A stretch of 64,000 nucleotides of DNA. It comes from Veleropilina oligotropha. Taxonomy: Eukaryota. The notes below the pieces were generated by a model that saw nothing but the letters and a program-made list of their open reading frames with translations, was not told where the DNA came from and did not search any database. Within the stretch, counting starts at the first letter, position 1. Each line of letters begins with the position of its first letter. Made by a program: the position numbers and the translations under genes. Shown piece by piece: positions 42,150-56,366 of this stretch. The DNA lies in NCBI GenBank assembly GCA_048128005.1, contig JBEUKZ010000047.1, forward strand, positions 1 through 64,000. The letters are read 5' to 3'.

Positions 42150-42586
42150 TTATAAGTCCATAAACAGATGGAGGAGGTTTATGGTACCCTTGAGTGCTAG
42201 CCTTGCTAGATGGTCTGCGAAACCCCGATCTCGGATTCCTAGCATTCTCAAGGTTCGCGAGTTGTCAGCTGTCCATCCTCCCCGACAGCCAGTCCACATA
42301 CTGTGACTGATTCAGCACCAAAACGGTCTTTGATTTGATCCACCAGATGTGCATATTTCCGTACCTTCTCAGCATTTGCTATGCAGAGTGAACGGCCGGA
42401 TTCATACACAACAGTCGGATCAATGACCATTGCTGTGCCCTCTTTTGTCATAACCAGGTCAGGCTTCCAGTTTCATCACGAATACGAGGTTCGTAGCATA
42501 CGACCCAACCTACACTCTTGCACTTGTTGGCCAGGGCGTCCACAATCATGTTATGACGTTTTATCCGATACGCTTTAACCTTCGGA
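42150..42586 (-). mobile_element. R2-like unit 3, C-terminal endonuclease part
   Basis: Matches 38064-38517 and continues at 52681 beyond the LINE insertion. Confidence 0.92.
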
Positions 42587-45500
42587 GCCCCCCAGTCGGT
42601 TAGGGGTTAGAATATGCCGACTGCTCTCCCTGCAGAGGGGTAAGATCCCCCCAAATGGGAGCCACCTGTTTGCCGCGGGTGGCGACCCGTGATGTTGGAG
42701 AAGAGGATCCTGGTAGTTGAGCTTCGGCCTTGGCTGAAGCAACACACTACTTTGGCCTCGGATTCAGCTAGACGGGAGGTCAGATAGGCCCTATCTGATC
42801 AATCGGCTTGTCACGCCGTGCCCTGGTATAATTTAACATTTTAATATAACATTTAAATTTTACATCTTAAAACATGTCATATCATAGATCATTTACCATC
42901 CATTGATCTATATCCCAGAAGGCGGTGGCTGAAGGGTCAATCAAGTGAGGAATGAATGGTGGGATATACACTTCCCACCACTAATATTCATTCACTTATT
43001 TGAGTATATCACCCGGGTATCCCTGGCATTGGGTGCCGGAACTCCGCACCTGTTAAGTGCCCCCTTGTTGGGCTCCGGGGTGGGCGGGGACCTCGGGTGA
43101 CGAAACATAGCACACAAATCATGGCACACAAACCAAACTATCATGCACCTAAACGGCGCAGAAACAACAAAAATATAGATTCTGATGATGACGACGATGA
43201 TGCTAAATTTATGGCCGCTTTCCGGTCTACTCCTTACGACCCTGAGATAGAGGCTCCATATAAGCCTGATCCTCCACCTCCTGTACCGGAAAGCTGGCCC
43301 CGTTTTTTAACGGTGGAATCGCTTAACTCTAATACTCCGATCACTTCGTTGAGTCCGTTCGCCATATCCAAGGCCATTCTCGGCCTGGCAGGCGAACCGC
43401 GATCCGTTAAAAAACTCCGAGATGGCACTCTACTGGTGGAATGCGCCAGGAAGAGCCATGCGGAGAATCTCCTTCGATCTGATACATTCGTAAACATCTC
43501 CGTAGAAATCAGACCGCATCGGTCCTTGAACAGTTCCAAGGGAGTCATTAGATCTAGGGATCTGCAGGGATGCAGCGAACAGGAACTGCTGGAAGGCATG
43601 AAGAGCCAGGGTGTAACTAAGGTTACACGCCTGACCATGTTTAAAGATGGAAAGAAGATCCCCATCAATACCATCATTCTGGACTTCCGCCTTCCTGTTC
43701 TACCGAGAACAATTAAAGCTGGTTATATAATCATTCCTGTAGAGCCCTACATCCCAAACCCCTTGAGATGCTTCAAATGCCAGGCATTTGGGCATCACAA
43801 GGATCGATGCAAAAGGAACTCCGCATGTGCTCGTTGCAGCGAGGAGGGTCATGAGAGTGACTCCTGCTCCAATCCACCGCTATGTTGCAATTGCAGGGGC
43901 AAGCATTTTGCTTACTCCAAGGACTGCCCGAAATGGAAACACGAGAAAGAGATCCAAAGAGTCAAAACCATCGACCGGATCTCTTTCCCTGATGCCAGGA
44001 AACTGGTTGAATCCAGGACCACTTCGGGTAGATCCTACGCTGCAATTGTCACACCAACGGAGCAGAGACCAGTCACTCGATCCTCTTCCCCGCAAACGGA
44101 TATCACCTGGCCATATGGCGAAGCATTCTTCAGTACTCTGCCATCTCGAAACAATTTAGCATCATCATCAGAATCTACTCAAACATCAACACCGATCAAA
44201 CCGATCAAACATTTAAATAAATCTACTCGCAACCCCCCAAAAGAGACTGCTGCTGTTTCTAAAGCAGCAGCCTCAAGGAGACCTAATATTAAGCCAGCCA
44301 GACAGCCCAAAGGGTCTGAGGACCCAATTAAGCTGCACAATCGCTTTGATCGTCTGATGGATACCATCGAACCATCAGATGACCAAAGCGACCCTGACAC
44401 TATCATAAATGACCTTGCCGCTGATATAGTTGCTGCTGCTACCGAGAAGGGTAGGAAGACAGCAGCAGCGGCAGCCAAAGTAAAGCTAAATCGACAGACT
44501 AAGGTGGTGGATGATCCACCCCAACCACCACCGTCTGTCGACGATCCAATGGACGACAGTAAAGCATAGGATCGGCCAGCGGCAAAGCCCATACCTTCAA
44601 AAAAGCCCGTACTTCCACCAAACAAGTAGTGAAATAGTAAAGCACTATACACGAATTACTTACATAAATACACCAACAACACAACATGACAGGTACACTA
44701 ATACAATGGAATTGTAGAGGCATTAAACCGAATATTGATGAGATCAATTTACTTATACAAGACCACAAACCAATAGCATTTTGTCTCAATGGAACTTACA
44801 TAAAACTCACAGACAACATACGCATTAAAGATCACTCACTATATAATCACATTGTCACCACAGGTGACAAGGCTACAGGGGGGGTTTCAATCATCGTCAA
44901 CAACAAAACACCACATAGCCAGGTCAACTTAAACACCAACTTACAGGCAGTAGCGGTGAAAATATCGATTCACCGAGTAATAACTATTTGCTCTGTAACA
45001 TACATCCTACTGACCTTGACGATCTCATCGATCAGCTACCGACCCCATTTGTACTGTGTGGCGATTTCAATGCCCATAGTACTGATTGGGGCGGTACTGA
45101 CACTGATAAACGGGGACATCAAATAGAGGACTTTATTGGGAGACACAATATGTGTCTATTTAATACTAACCAAATCGCCAACATACATGCATCCACCTAC
45201 AGGTTCACTTACCACCATTGATCTTACCATGTGCGACCCATCTGCTCTCCTGGACTTTACTTGGAAAGTTGGTGAGGACCTCCATGGAAGCGACCACTTT
45301 CCAATTTTCCTGGAAAGCACAACCAATCAAGCACAAGAACATACAGAAAGGTGGAAACTTCGCAAAGCAGATTGGGAGAAATTCCAATCTCTGTGCGAAG
45401 AGCAATTACACTCACATCAATTAACTCATGGCGAAGACCCAATATCAAGTTTCTCTACAACATTACAAGACATTGCAACACTCTCAATTCCAAAAACCTG

Positions 45501-48167
45501 CTCAAATACCAAACACAAAAATAAACCTTGGTTTAATGAAGACTGCAGACAAGCAATCAAAGCACGCATACATGCAATTTCAACATTCAAACAGCATCCA
45601 ACACTACACAATCTTAATAGCTTTAGGCTATTAAGAGCAAAAGCCAGACGTACCATCAAGCAAAGCAAAAGGGAATCCTGGCATTCCTACGTTACCAAAC
45701 TAAACTCTCGTTCCACTATTAAAAAAACATGGGATATGATCCGTAAAATCAGCGGCAAGCATACACCCAACTGCATCAAGCACCTTAAAACAAACAATTC
45801 AGAAGCCGACACAGCTAAAGACATCGCAAACACCTTGGCAGACACATTTTCTGCCAATTCATCATCCGACAACTGCACTCCAAAATTCAGCCGTTTTAAA
45901 CATCATAAAAAAAACACAAGGCTCAATTTTAGATCAAATAATACAGTCATACAACCAACCATTTTCACACAAGGAACTTTCAGACTCACTCAATAAAGCA
46001 CATGACACAACAGCTGGACCTGATGACATTCACTATCAATTACTTAAGCACTTACCCGGAACATCACTTACAACTCTACTTGCAATATTCAATACAATCT
46101 GGGAAACTGGAACCTTCCCTCCCTCGTGGAGGGAAGCTACCATTATCCCAATTCCAAAGGCAGGGAAAGATACATCAAATCCTAACAGTTATCGACCCAT
46201 AGCCCTGACGAGTTGTATTTGCAAAAACATGGAACGGATGATAAACGAGAGATTAGTTTGGTATCTTGAATCAAATAATTTACTTACAGAATATCAAAGT
46301 GGGTTCCGGCGCAACCGGAGCACCACAGATCACTTGGTACGTCTGGAAACTTTTGTTCGTGAGGCCTTCCTAAACAGACAACATTTAGTTGCTGTTTTTT
46401 TCGATCTAGAGAAGGCCTACGACACGACTTGGAAGTACGGGATTATGAAGGATTTGTTTGATTTTGGTTTAAAGGGCCACTTGCCCAATTTTATTTCGAA
46501 ATTCCTTGAGGATAGAAATTTTCAAGTCAAGGTGGGTGACACCCTCTCCGATATCCACGACCAGGAGATTTGCTATCGTTCAACAAATATGAACAGTATA
46601 GAACGCCAGCTACAACATGGCCTAAATAAATTACAGACATGGTCCGATGAGAATGGATTTAAATTCTCAAAGGACAAAACTAAATGCATGCATTTCTGCC
46701 AGCGTCGTGAAATTCATGACGACCCTGTGCTAAAAAACTGGATGACTTTGAGATTCCAGTGGTGGACCAATTTAAATTATTAGGCCTTATTTTTGACCGC
46801 AAACTGACTTTCATACCTCATATAAAATACATCAAAGCCAAATGTAAAAAGGCTTTAAATATAATGAAAGTAATTTCTAATACTGAATGGGGTGCTGATA
46901 AAACAATTTTATTACGACTATACAGATCATTAATTAGATCAAAACTTGATAATGGGAGCATAGTATATGGCTCTGCTCGCCATTCATATCTTAAAATGCT
47001 TGATCCAATCCATAATCAAGGGCTTCGACTTGCATTAGGGGCTTTTCGCACATCACCCATGGAAAGCCTCTATGTCGAAGCCAATGAACCATCTCTTATA
47101 CTCAGACGTGAAAAACTATCACTACAATATGCAATAAAATTAAAATCAAATCCATCTAACCCAGCTTTCGAAACTGTATTTACACCAAATTATGAACATC
47201 TATTTCTGGCAAAACCAAACAAAATTGCACCATTTGGCATCCGCATCAAACCATCACTAGAAAACTCAAGCATACATTTAGGTCAAATTAAAACAAATCA
47301 CATTCCGGATACTCCACCATGGACGCTAAAAGTACCGGTAATTGATCTACAACTTACATCACTCAAAAAATCAAACAGACACATCAGATTATCTCACAAA
47401 AGTGCACGATTTGAAATTGAAATATTCAGATCGTGCAAGCATATACACATAATATAATAATACTTGGCAGCACTCTTGGAGTGAATGCACAAGGAATAAA
47501 CTGCAGAATGTTCAACCTCTTCTTGGCGATTGGGTCCCCTCTTGCAGACCAACTCGGCGAGAGGAGGTGGTCTTGGCCAGACTGAGGATTGGGCATTCTC
47601 ACTACACTCACTCCTACTTGCTTAAAGGGGAGCCTCCACCCGAGTGTATTCCTTGTGCAACTGCCCTAACAATTAAACATATATTATTGGATTGTGTCGA
47701 TTTGGATCTCGCACGCCAACGGTATTTTAGGGCCAATTCACTCCAAGAGCTATTTAATCGTAATAAGCTCGAAGCCGTATTTGAATTTTTAAAACAGGTA
47801 AATATTTTCTATAAATTATAATTTTTATTTATACTTTTATTTCCTTTGACTAAATTCTATATTTTGTTTTTAATTATTATACTATTTTATTATTATACTA
47901 GTTTTTAGCAAACATTTGATCTTTTAAATTTTATTATTTTATTGCCTTGTGTTTTTATCTAAATTACATTGATTTTTATCTTAATTTGCATTGGATTTAT
48001 TTTATTTGGAAATGTATTGGTTTGTTTTATTTACATCTTTTATTTATCGGTATTTACTATCCCAACTTTTAATATTTTATATTAATTTTTTATATAGTCA
48101 ACTTGACCGACCCCATTATGACCAAATAGTGTCGGCGTGGTCGTTAAACATCAATTCAATTCAATTC
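42587..48167 (+). mobile_element. I/Nimb LINE copy 6, 5'UTR to tail (ORF1 from 43121; ORF2 44686-47821 with frameshifts and deletions)
   Basis: Complete 5' motif and (TCAAT)n tail; RT core deleted at ~46569, RNase H deleted at ~47450; left TSD TTAACCTTCGGA at 42575-42586. Confidence 0.95.
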
Positions 48168-51100
48168 AATCAGAATCTACTCAAACATCAACACCGATCA
48201 AACCGATCAAACATTTAAATAAATCTACTCGCAACCCCCCAAAAGAGACTGCTGCTGTTTCTAAAGCAGCAGCCTCAAGGAGACCTAATATTAAGCCAGC
48301 CAGACAGCCCAAAGGGTCTGAGGACCCAATTAAGCTGCACAATCGCTTTGATCATCTGATGGATACCATCGAACCATCAGATGACCAAAGCGACCCTGAC
48401 ACTATCATAAATGACCTTGCCGCTGATATAGTTGCTGCTGCTACCGAGAAGGGTAGGAAGACAGCGGCAGCCGAAGTAAAGCTAAATCGACAGACTAAGG
48501 TGGTGGATGATCCACCCCAACCACCACCGTCTGTCGACGATCCAATGGACGACAGTAAAGCATTGGATCGGCCAGCGGCAAAGCCCATACCTTCAAAAAA
48601 GCCCGTACTTCCACCTAACAAGTAGTGAAATAGTAAAGCACTATACACGAATTACATACATAAATACACCAACAACACAACATGACAGGTACACTAATAC
48701 AATGGAATTGTAGAGGCATTAAACCGAATATAGATGAGATCAATTTACTTATACAAGACAACAAACCAAAAGCATTTTGTCTCAATGAAACTTACATGAA
48801 ACTCACAGACAACATACGCATTAAAGGTCACTCACTATATAATCACATTGTCACCACAGGTGACAAGGCCACAGGGGGGGGTTTCAATCATCGTCAACAA
48901 CAGAACACCACATAGCCAGGTCAACTTAAACACCAACTTACAGGCAGTAGCGGTGAAAATATCAATTCACCGAGTGATAACTATTTGCTCGGTATACTTA
49001 CCACCTAGCATAAACATACATCCTACTGACCTTGACGATCTCATCGATCAGCTACTGACCCCATTTGTACTGTGTGGCGATTTTAACGCCCACAGTACGG
49101 ATTGGGGTGGTACTGACACAGATAAACGGCGACATCAAATAGAGGAGTTTATTGGGATACACAATCTGTGCCTATTTAATACTACCAAATCGCCAACATA
49201 CATGCATCCACCTACAGGCTCACTTACCACCATTGACCTTACCATGTGCGACCCATCGGCTTTCCTGGACTTTACTTGGAAAGTTGGCGAGGACCTCCGC
49301 GGAAGCGGCCACTTTCCAATTTTCCTGGAAAGCACAATTAACCAAGCACAAATATACACTGAAAGGTGGAAACTTCGCAAAGCAGATTGGACAAAATTCC
49401 AATCTCTTTGCGAAGAGCAATTACACCCAGACCACTTAGCTAATGGCGAAGACCCAATATCAAGTTTCTCTATAACATTACATGACATTGCAACGCTATC
49501 AATTCCAAAGACCTGTCCAAATGCCAAACACAAAAATAAACCTTGGTTTAATGAAGACTGCAGACAAGCAATCAAAGCACGCATACATGCAATTTCAACA
49601 TTTAAACAGCACCCAACACTACAAAATCTTAATAGCTTTAGGCTATTAAGAGCACAAGCCAGACGTACCATCAAGCACAGCAAAAGGGAATCCTGGCATT
49701 CCTACGTTACCAAACTAAACTCTCGTTCCACTATTAAAAAAACATGGGATATGATCCGTAAAATTAGTGGCAAACATACACCCAACTGCATCAAGCACCT
49801 TAAAACAAACACATCAGAAGCAACCACAGCTAAAGACATTGCAAACACATTGGCAGATACCTTTTCTGCCAATTCATCATCCGACAACTGCACTCCAAAA
49901 TTCAGCCGTTTTAAGCATCAAAAAGAAAAAACAAGGCTCAATTTTAGATCCAACAATACAGAGTCATACAATCAGCCATTTTCACACAAGGAACTCACAG
50001 ATTCACTAAACAAGGCACATGACACATCAGTTGGCCCTGATGACATTCACTATCATTACTTAAGCACTTACCTGGAACATCACTTACAACTCTACTTGCA
50101 ATATTCAATACTATCTGGGAAACTGGAACCTCCCTCCCTCGTGGAGGGAAGCTACAATTATCCCAATTGCAAAGGCGGGAAAAGATACATCACATCCCAA
50201 CAGTTATCGACCCATAGCCTTGACGAGTTGTATTTGTAAAACCATGGAAAGGATGATAAACGAGAGATTAGTTTGGTACTTAGAATCAAATAATTTAATT
50301 ACAGAATATCAATGTGGGTTCCGGCGCAACCGGAGCACCACAGATCACTTGGTACGTCTGGAAACTTTTGTTCGTGAGGCCTTCCTAAACAGACAACATT
50401 TAGTTGCTGTTTTTTTTCGATCTAGAGAAGGCCTACGACACTACTTGGAAGTACGGGATTATGAAGGATTTGTTTGATTTTGGTTTAAAGGGCCACTTGC
50501 CCAATTTTATTTCGAAATTCCTTGAGGATAGAAATTTTCAAGTCAAGGTGGGTGACACCCTCTCCGATATCCACGACCAGGAGATGGGTGTCCCTCAAGG
50601 AAGTATTTTATCAGTCACCCTATTCAGTATTAAAATAAACAGTATCGTCAAATGTATTAGTACTGGCACTGACTGTTCATTGTTTGTTGACGATTTTGGC
50701 ATTTGCTATCGTTCAACAAATATGAACAGTATAGAACGCCAGCTACAACATGGCCTAAATAAATTACAGATATGGTCCGATGAGAATGGATTTAAATTCT
50801 CAAAGGACAAAACTAAATGCATGCACTTCTGCCAGCGTCGTGAAATACATGACGACCCTGTGTTGAAGCTGGATGACTTTGAGATACCAGTGGTAGACGA
50901 ATTTAAATTTTTAGGCCTTGTATTTGACCGAAAACTGTCTTTCATACCGCATTTAAAATACATTAAAGCTAAATGTAAAAAAGCTTTAAATATAATGAAA
51001 GTAGTTTCTAATACCGAATGGGGTGCTGATAAAACAGTTTTATTACGACTATATAGATCATTAATTAGATCAAAACTTGATTATGGGAGCATAGTATATG

Positions 51101-52680
51101 GCTCTGCTCGCCATTCATATCTTAAAATGCTTGATCCGATCCATAATCAAGGGCTTCGACTTGCATTAGGGGCTTTTCGCACATCACCCATGGAGAGCCT
51201 CTACGTCGAAGCCAATGAACCATCTATTACACTCGGACGTGAAAAACTATCACTACAATATGCAATAAAATTAAAATCAAATCCATCTAACCCAGCTTTC
51301 GAAACTGTCTATACACCAAATTACGAAAATCTATTTCAGGCAAAACCAAACAAAATTGCACCATTTGGCATCCGCATAAAACCAGCACTAGAAAATGCAG
51401 GCATACATGTAGGTCAAATTAAAACAATTCACATTCCGGATACTCCACCATGGACACTAAAAGTACCGGTAATTGATCTACAACTTACATCACTCAAAAC
51501 ATCAAACACAGAAACAACAGATTATCTGTCAAAATTGCACGATCTGAAATTAAAATATTCAGATCGTGCAAGCATATACACAGATGGTTCAAAAGATGCA
51601 GAATTAGTAGGAGCAACCGCTGTCACTGGCAGACAATGTTTTCAAAACCGTCTGCGAGGCAGCGCGACTATATATACTGCAGAACTAAAAGCAATCGAGC
51701 TTGCTCTTAATTTTATCTCTACAATTACTAAACAGCGTTTTATTATCTATTCAGACTCCCTCTCTAGCTTACAAGCACTCAGGGAGATGAATAGAAATGT
51801 TATTGTTCAGGAAATTTTATTAAACTATAACAACCTTTTACCTGACAATGACATTGTTTTATGCTGGATACCGAGCCATATCGGTATCCAAGGCAATGAG
51901 AAGGCTGACCAAGCTGCCAAGGCAGCCTCACATTTTAACAATATACTAAATTGTAAACTACCACACTCAGATTTTAAACAAAGCATAAACAAATATATAA
52001 ATTCTACTTGGCAGCACTCTTGGAGTGAATGCACAAGGAATAAACTGCAGAATGTCCAACCTCTTCTTGGTGACTGGGGCCCCTCTTGCAGGCCATCTCG
52101 GCGAGAGGAGGTCGTCTTGGCCAGACTGAGAATTGGGCATTCTCACTACACTCATTCCTACTTGCTTAAAGGGGAGCCTCCACCTGAGTGTATTCCTTGT
52201 GCAACTGCCCTAACAATTAAACATATATTATTGGATTGTGTCGATTTGGATCTCGCACGCCAAAGGTATTTTAGGGCAAATTCACTCCAAGAGTTATTTA
52301 ATCTTAATAAGCTCGAAGCCGTATTTGAATTTTTAAAACAGGTAAATATTTTCCATAAGTTATAATTGTATTTATACTTTTATTTCCTTTATGACTAAAT
52401 TCTACATAAATTTATTTTATTTTATTATTATACTATTTTATTATTATACTCGTTTTTAGCAAACATTTGATCTTATTTTTATTCAAATTTGCATTGTGTT
52501 TATTTTACTTGTAAATATATTGAATTGTTTTTATTATTTATCACATATGTTTTATTGCATTGATATTTTATTAGAAAATATATATCTCAACTTTATATTA
52601 AACTATTGTAAAATTAACTTGACCGACCCGATTATGACCATTAGTGTCGGCGTGGTCGTTAAACATCAAATCAAATCAAA
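48168..52680 (+). mobile_element. I/Nimb LINE segment 7 (ORF1 C-terminus, ORF2 48682-52365 frameshifted, 3'UTR)
   Basis: Restarts at ATCAGAATCTACTC (as at ~44167); (TCAAA)n tail followed by right TSD TTAACCTTCGGA at 52681-52692. Confidence 0.95.
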
Positions 52681-55600
52681 TTAACCTTCGGACAGTGTCC
52701 CGATATATGCCCCACTGTCTCTGTCGTTAGTCCACAGTGACGACAGAGTGCGTCCGACGGACGCCCCGCGCGGGCCAGTGTTGCTCTACATGGGAACGTA
52801 TCTGTTCTAAGTTTAATCGCCATGATAAACTCTCTCTCGGACAGGAATACACGGGCCGGATCTAGCCAGGAGTTTGCCTCCCTCCTACTCAGGTAGTTCC
52901 TCCCTCCTATTCAGGTAGTTCCTCCCTTTGCCTGCACAGCTCAGATCGGACCAGTCCTTGATTGCAACCTTTCGCCAGTTCGCTTTACCCTTCGCCCCCT
53001 TTGGTGGCGGAATCCCTGACTTAGTGGCATATGACATGATCTCGTCATTCGTACGCATCACCTCACACGTCCTTCGGATCTTGGGGTCTTTGCTGTGGGT
53101 GATGCTGTTAAGCAGGTTCATCCGCCCCGCCGGTACACTTCTAACAAACTCCGGAAGGCCGAGGCCCCCTTTGGTTTTCTGCGTGTACAGGAAAGCGTTT
53201 GCAGAACATTCAGGAAGTGAGAACCACTTCCTCACATGTCTTCTGACCATGTGATCTAGATCCAGTAATACCCCTTTCGGGTATTTTTCCATCATCAACG
53301 AGTAGGTTATCCTCGGGAGCGCATACATGGTGAGCATAACAAGCTTTTGCCGCGGCTTGAGCGAAGCCTTATCTATACTCATCAGCATGCCTCGTAATAG
53401 GCTGACCACCTTCCTTTTGACTTTGGTGACCCATGGGCTCGCCTTACTGCCAAGATACTTGGTAGTATCCTCCGGGCCAATAAGGGGCACCTGCTCTCCC
53501 CCTATTACTAGGGGTTCCGTGAAGTCATTAACACTAAAAGTGTTCTTCCCTGCCGGCTTGATGTAGAAAGTGGCCGATTTTCTCACATTGAGTCACATAC
53601 CAGTCGCCTGACAGAAGTCGTCGACAAGGTCCAAATTAGTCGACATCTCCTGGCGAACTCGTGATCAACGCATTGTCATCTGCATAAGCTAGGGCCTCTA
53701 TGAGATCGTCCAATTCATCACCGAACTTATAGCCATTTTTCTGTTCCGAGATCATTGCCAATAGAGGGTCCATGGCAATGTTGAACAGCAACTGTGACAG
53801 AGGGTCTCCCTGTTTAACGCCTCGTGTCATTGGGATCTTTCCCGTTTTGCCCTTCGCGGTCACGAAAACGGTAGAGGCATCGTGATATAAATCCTTGACT
53901 ACCTCGATAAAATGACTGTCAGTTTGGAAACGTTCAAGACCTGCAACAAGGTGCAGGTGCGAGACCGTGTCAAAAGGCCTTCGCCAGATAAAGAAACGCG
54001 ACACTAAGGCGGTTTCTGTTCTTTTTAGCATGTTCTATCACTCGCTCGAGCAGGTAGTTGTTCTCCGCACAGCCCGGTGCCGCTATAAATCCCCTCTGTC
54101 TTTCATTCAGGTCGAAAGACTCTAGTACTCTTCGAGCTCTAACGCTGGTGTATAGTCTTAGCAGTACCGAACTGATTGTCAGTGGTCTCCAGTTGTTAAC
54201 GTCCTCGAGGCCTTCCGAGGTCTTTGGAAGAAGGATAGATCGATTCTCCTACACCACTGACGGGATTTTTGCTGTGCACAGCCAAGTGTTGAACATGTTA
54301 GTCAAGAACAGCCCCTTCGGATCGCTCCTGATCACCGTTCTTAAGCCAATACTATCAGGACCTTTGGCCGAGTCCTTTTTAGCCCGGGCTAGCATGCGCG
54401 TAACCTCTCCGACCTTAATGGGTTTACATAGCTTAGCGTTGTCTACTGGATGTGGAACCGGATACGGATCGAGGTTGACCGGTTGTGACTCGCCCCCAAA
54501 ATGAGCTCTGTACGTGCTTTCCACGTCAACAGGATCGAGGTCACATTTCGTGTCGAGCTCGTTTTGATCGAGGATGATCTTAGCCAACCCTGTCCTGTTC
54601 TCTTGGAACAGGTATTGGTGGCTGTGATATTTTGACGCCTTCTCCTTGGCTTTATCGCCCACGGGATTGCCCTGTTTCATCCTGGTGCTTTTGACTTCCG
54701 GTTTCCGCTTAGGCGCACTCGTTTTGCACTCAGTGATCAGGCTGCCAAGAAGAGCGTCCATATCACTCTCATCATATTCCCCATCTGCCGCACTAGTTAG
54801 GATTAACGCACTCTTCGAGACCAGGTAGCCTTTACCGTTCTTGCAAACGGCCTCATGGAAAGCATCTTTATCCATGATGGACTTGGGCTGCTGCACCTTT
54901 GTTGGTGCTTCATTTGGTTTGACCGGTTCGGGTTCCGTCTCAATATGTCTCGTCTTAGTGAGGCCGAGACCAGCGCATCTAGTACCCACTTGTTTGGCTG
55001 ATCTTCCTGGAAAGAATTCAGCAATCTTCATGTTGATTGACCTATCCCCAACAAGTTGGGTGTTCAGTTCCATGATAAGCCGATCATCCTCCGGAGAGTA
55101 TATCTTCGATCTGACAGTAGGGTGCTGTCCCCCCCCTGCCCGCTCGGACAATTGGCCGGCCCGAGCATCTCGCTTTCGGACGATCTCCTCCCTTAGACCC
55201 TTTATCCGCCTTTCGTTCGCCACGATTGGGTGGCGATGGCGGATGTGCTGACCCAGTCCTACCTTCGTTTCAAAGGACTGGCTGCAGTTCTCACACGTAC
55301 ATAGGAACGATCGCTCTGGTGTTGCAGTTTCATCAGCGGGTCTTATGAGGCCCTTTCTGCATTTGCCGTGATGGATGGCAATGCCTTTCAGGGATGGAAG
55401 AGTTTTACGACACAGGCGGCACATGAACATGATGAATTCATTTGAGTGTCTGTCCTCCATATGATTCATCAGAGCCTGGGGATCGATGAATGATTCCCGA
55501 CAGGCCGCACAAGTATGTTCTCGATAAGGGTACAATATGGTGATGGTGGAGTCACCGCCCTCCATGGTTTCAATTGGTACGTCTTCCGAAGGCTCGAAAT

Positions 55601-55886
55601 CCGTTGTGTTGAAGTCGACACCCAGCCAATCCGGGAGGTTACCTGGACGAACCAGGACCTGATTGACGTAAATGCAACTCCGCGTGAATACCATGTCAGG
55701 TATGTACCGCACGATAGCTTCCCTATCTCTCGTGGTTGGGCTACTAGGTGGTGGGCTGCCATTCCTAGTCCCCTTCCACGTTCCGGACTCGAGGCAATGG
55801 GGTTGGCCAGCTGGGACCTTCCCCCGGCGCTTTTTATAGCAGGGTGCCGACTGCTGCATATCTCTGGGTGTATCCAAGATAGTCAT
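52681..55886 (-). mobile_element. R2-like unit 3, main body (ZF-Myb-RT-CCHC), with stops and frameshifts
   Basis: ORFs 54249-55886, 53636-54031 and 52885-53586 are co-linear with unit 2. Confidence 0.93.
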
Positions 55887-56366
55887 ATTATCGATCAGGT
55901 AGAGCAGGATGCTTACTGAGATAATTTGCTGGTAGCGATTTGTTTCGGTCTTTCGACTTACTCACGACTCGCACCACGGGGAGGTTGCTATTAGAGGAAG
56001 AGAACACATAGAATCTTGCGTTCGTAGTCCGTGTCATGTTTCCGCCCCATGTGGGCCTACGTTCAACGCCGCGGATCTACGAGATGTTCATTATGATCAT
56101 ACTACCCCACCGTGGCTATTCCGACCTCAGCCAAGGGTGTGGTGGCCCTTAGCTTCTGGCCATGTAGCCGCCCTTATCCACTTACCCAGCGATTCGGGTA
56201 AGTATAAGGCCCTGTTGAGCTCGAATCGGACACATATACGGCACATGGCTTTCGCCTTTATTCGGAACAACGTACAGGAAAATGGATGAATACGATCAAA
56301 AGCGCAACGGCGCTAACATATGTACACGATCGGTGTCACAGCTGGCCCCAGTCCCTCGGGCTCGGC

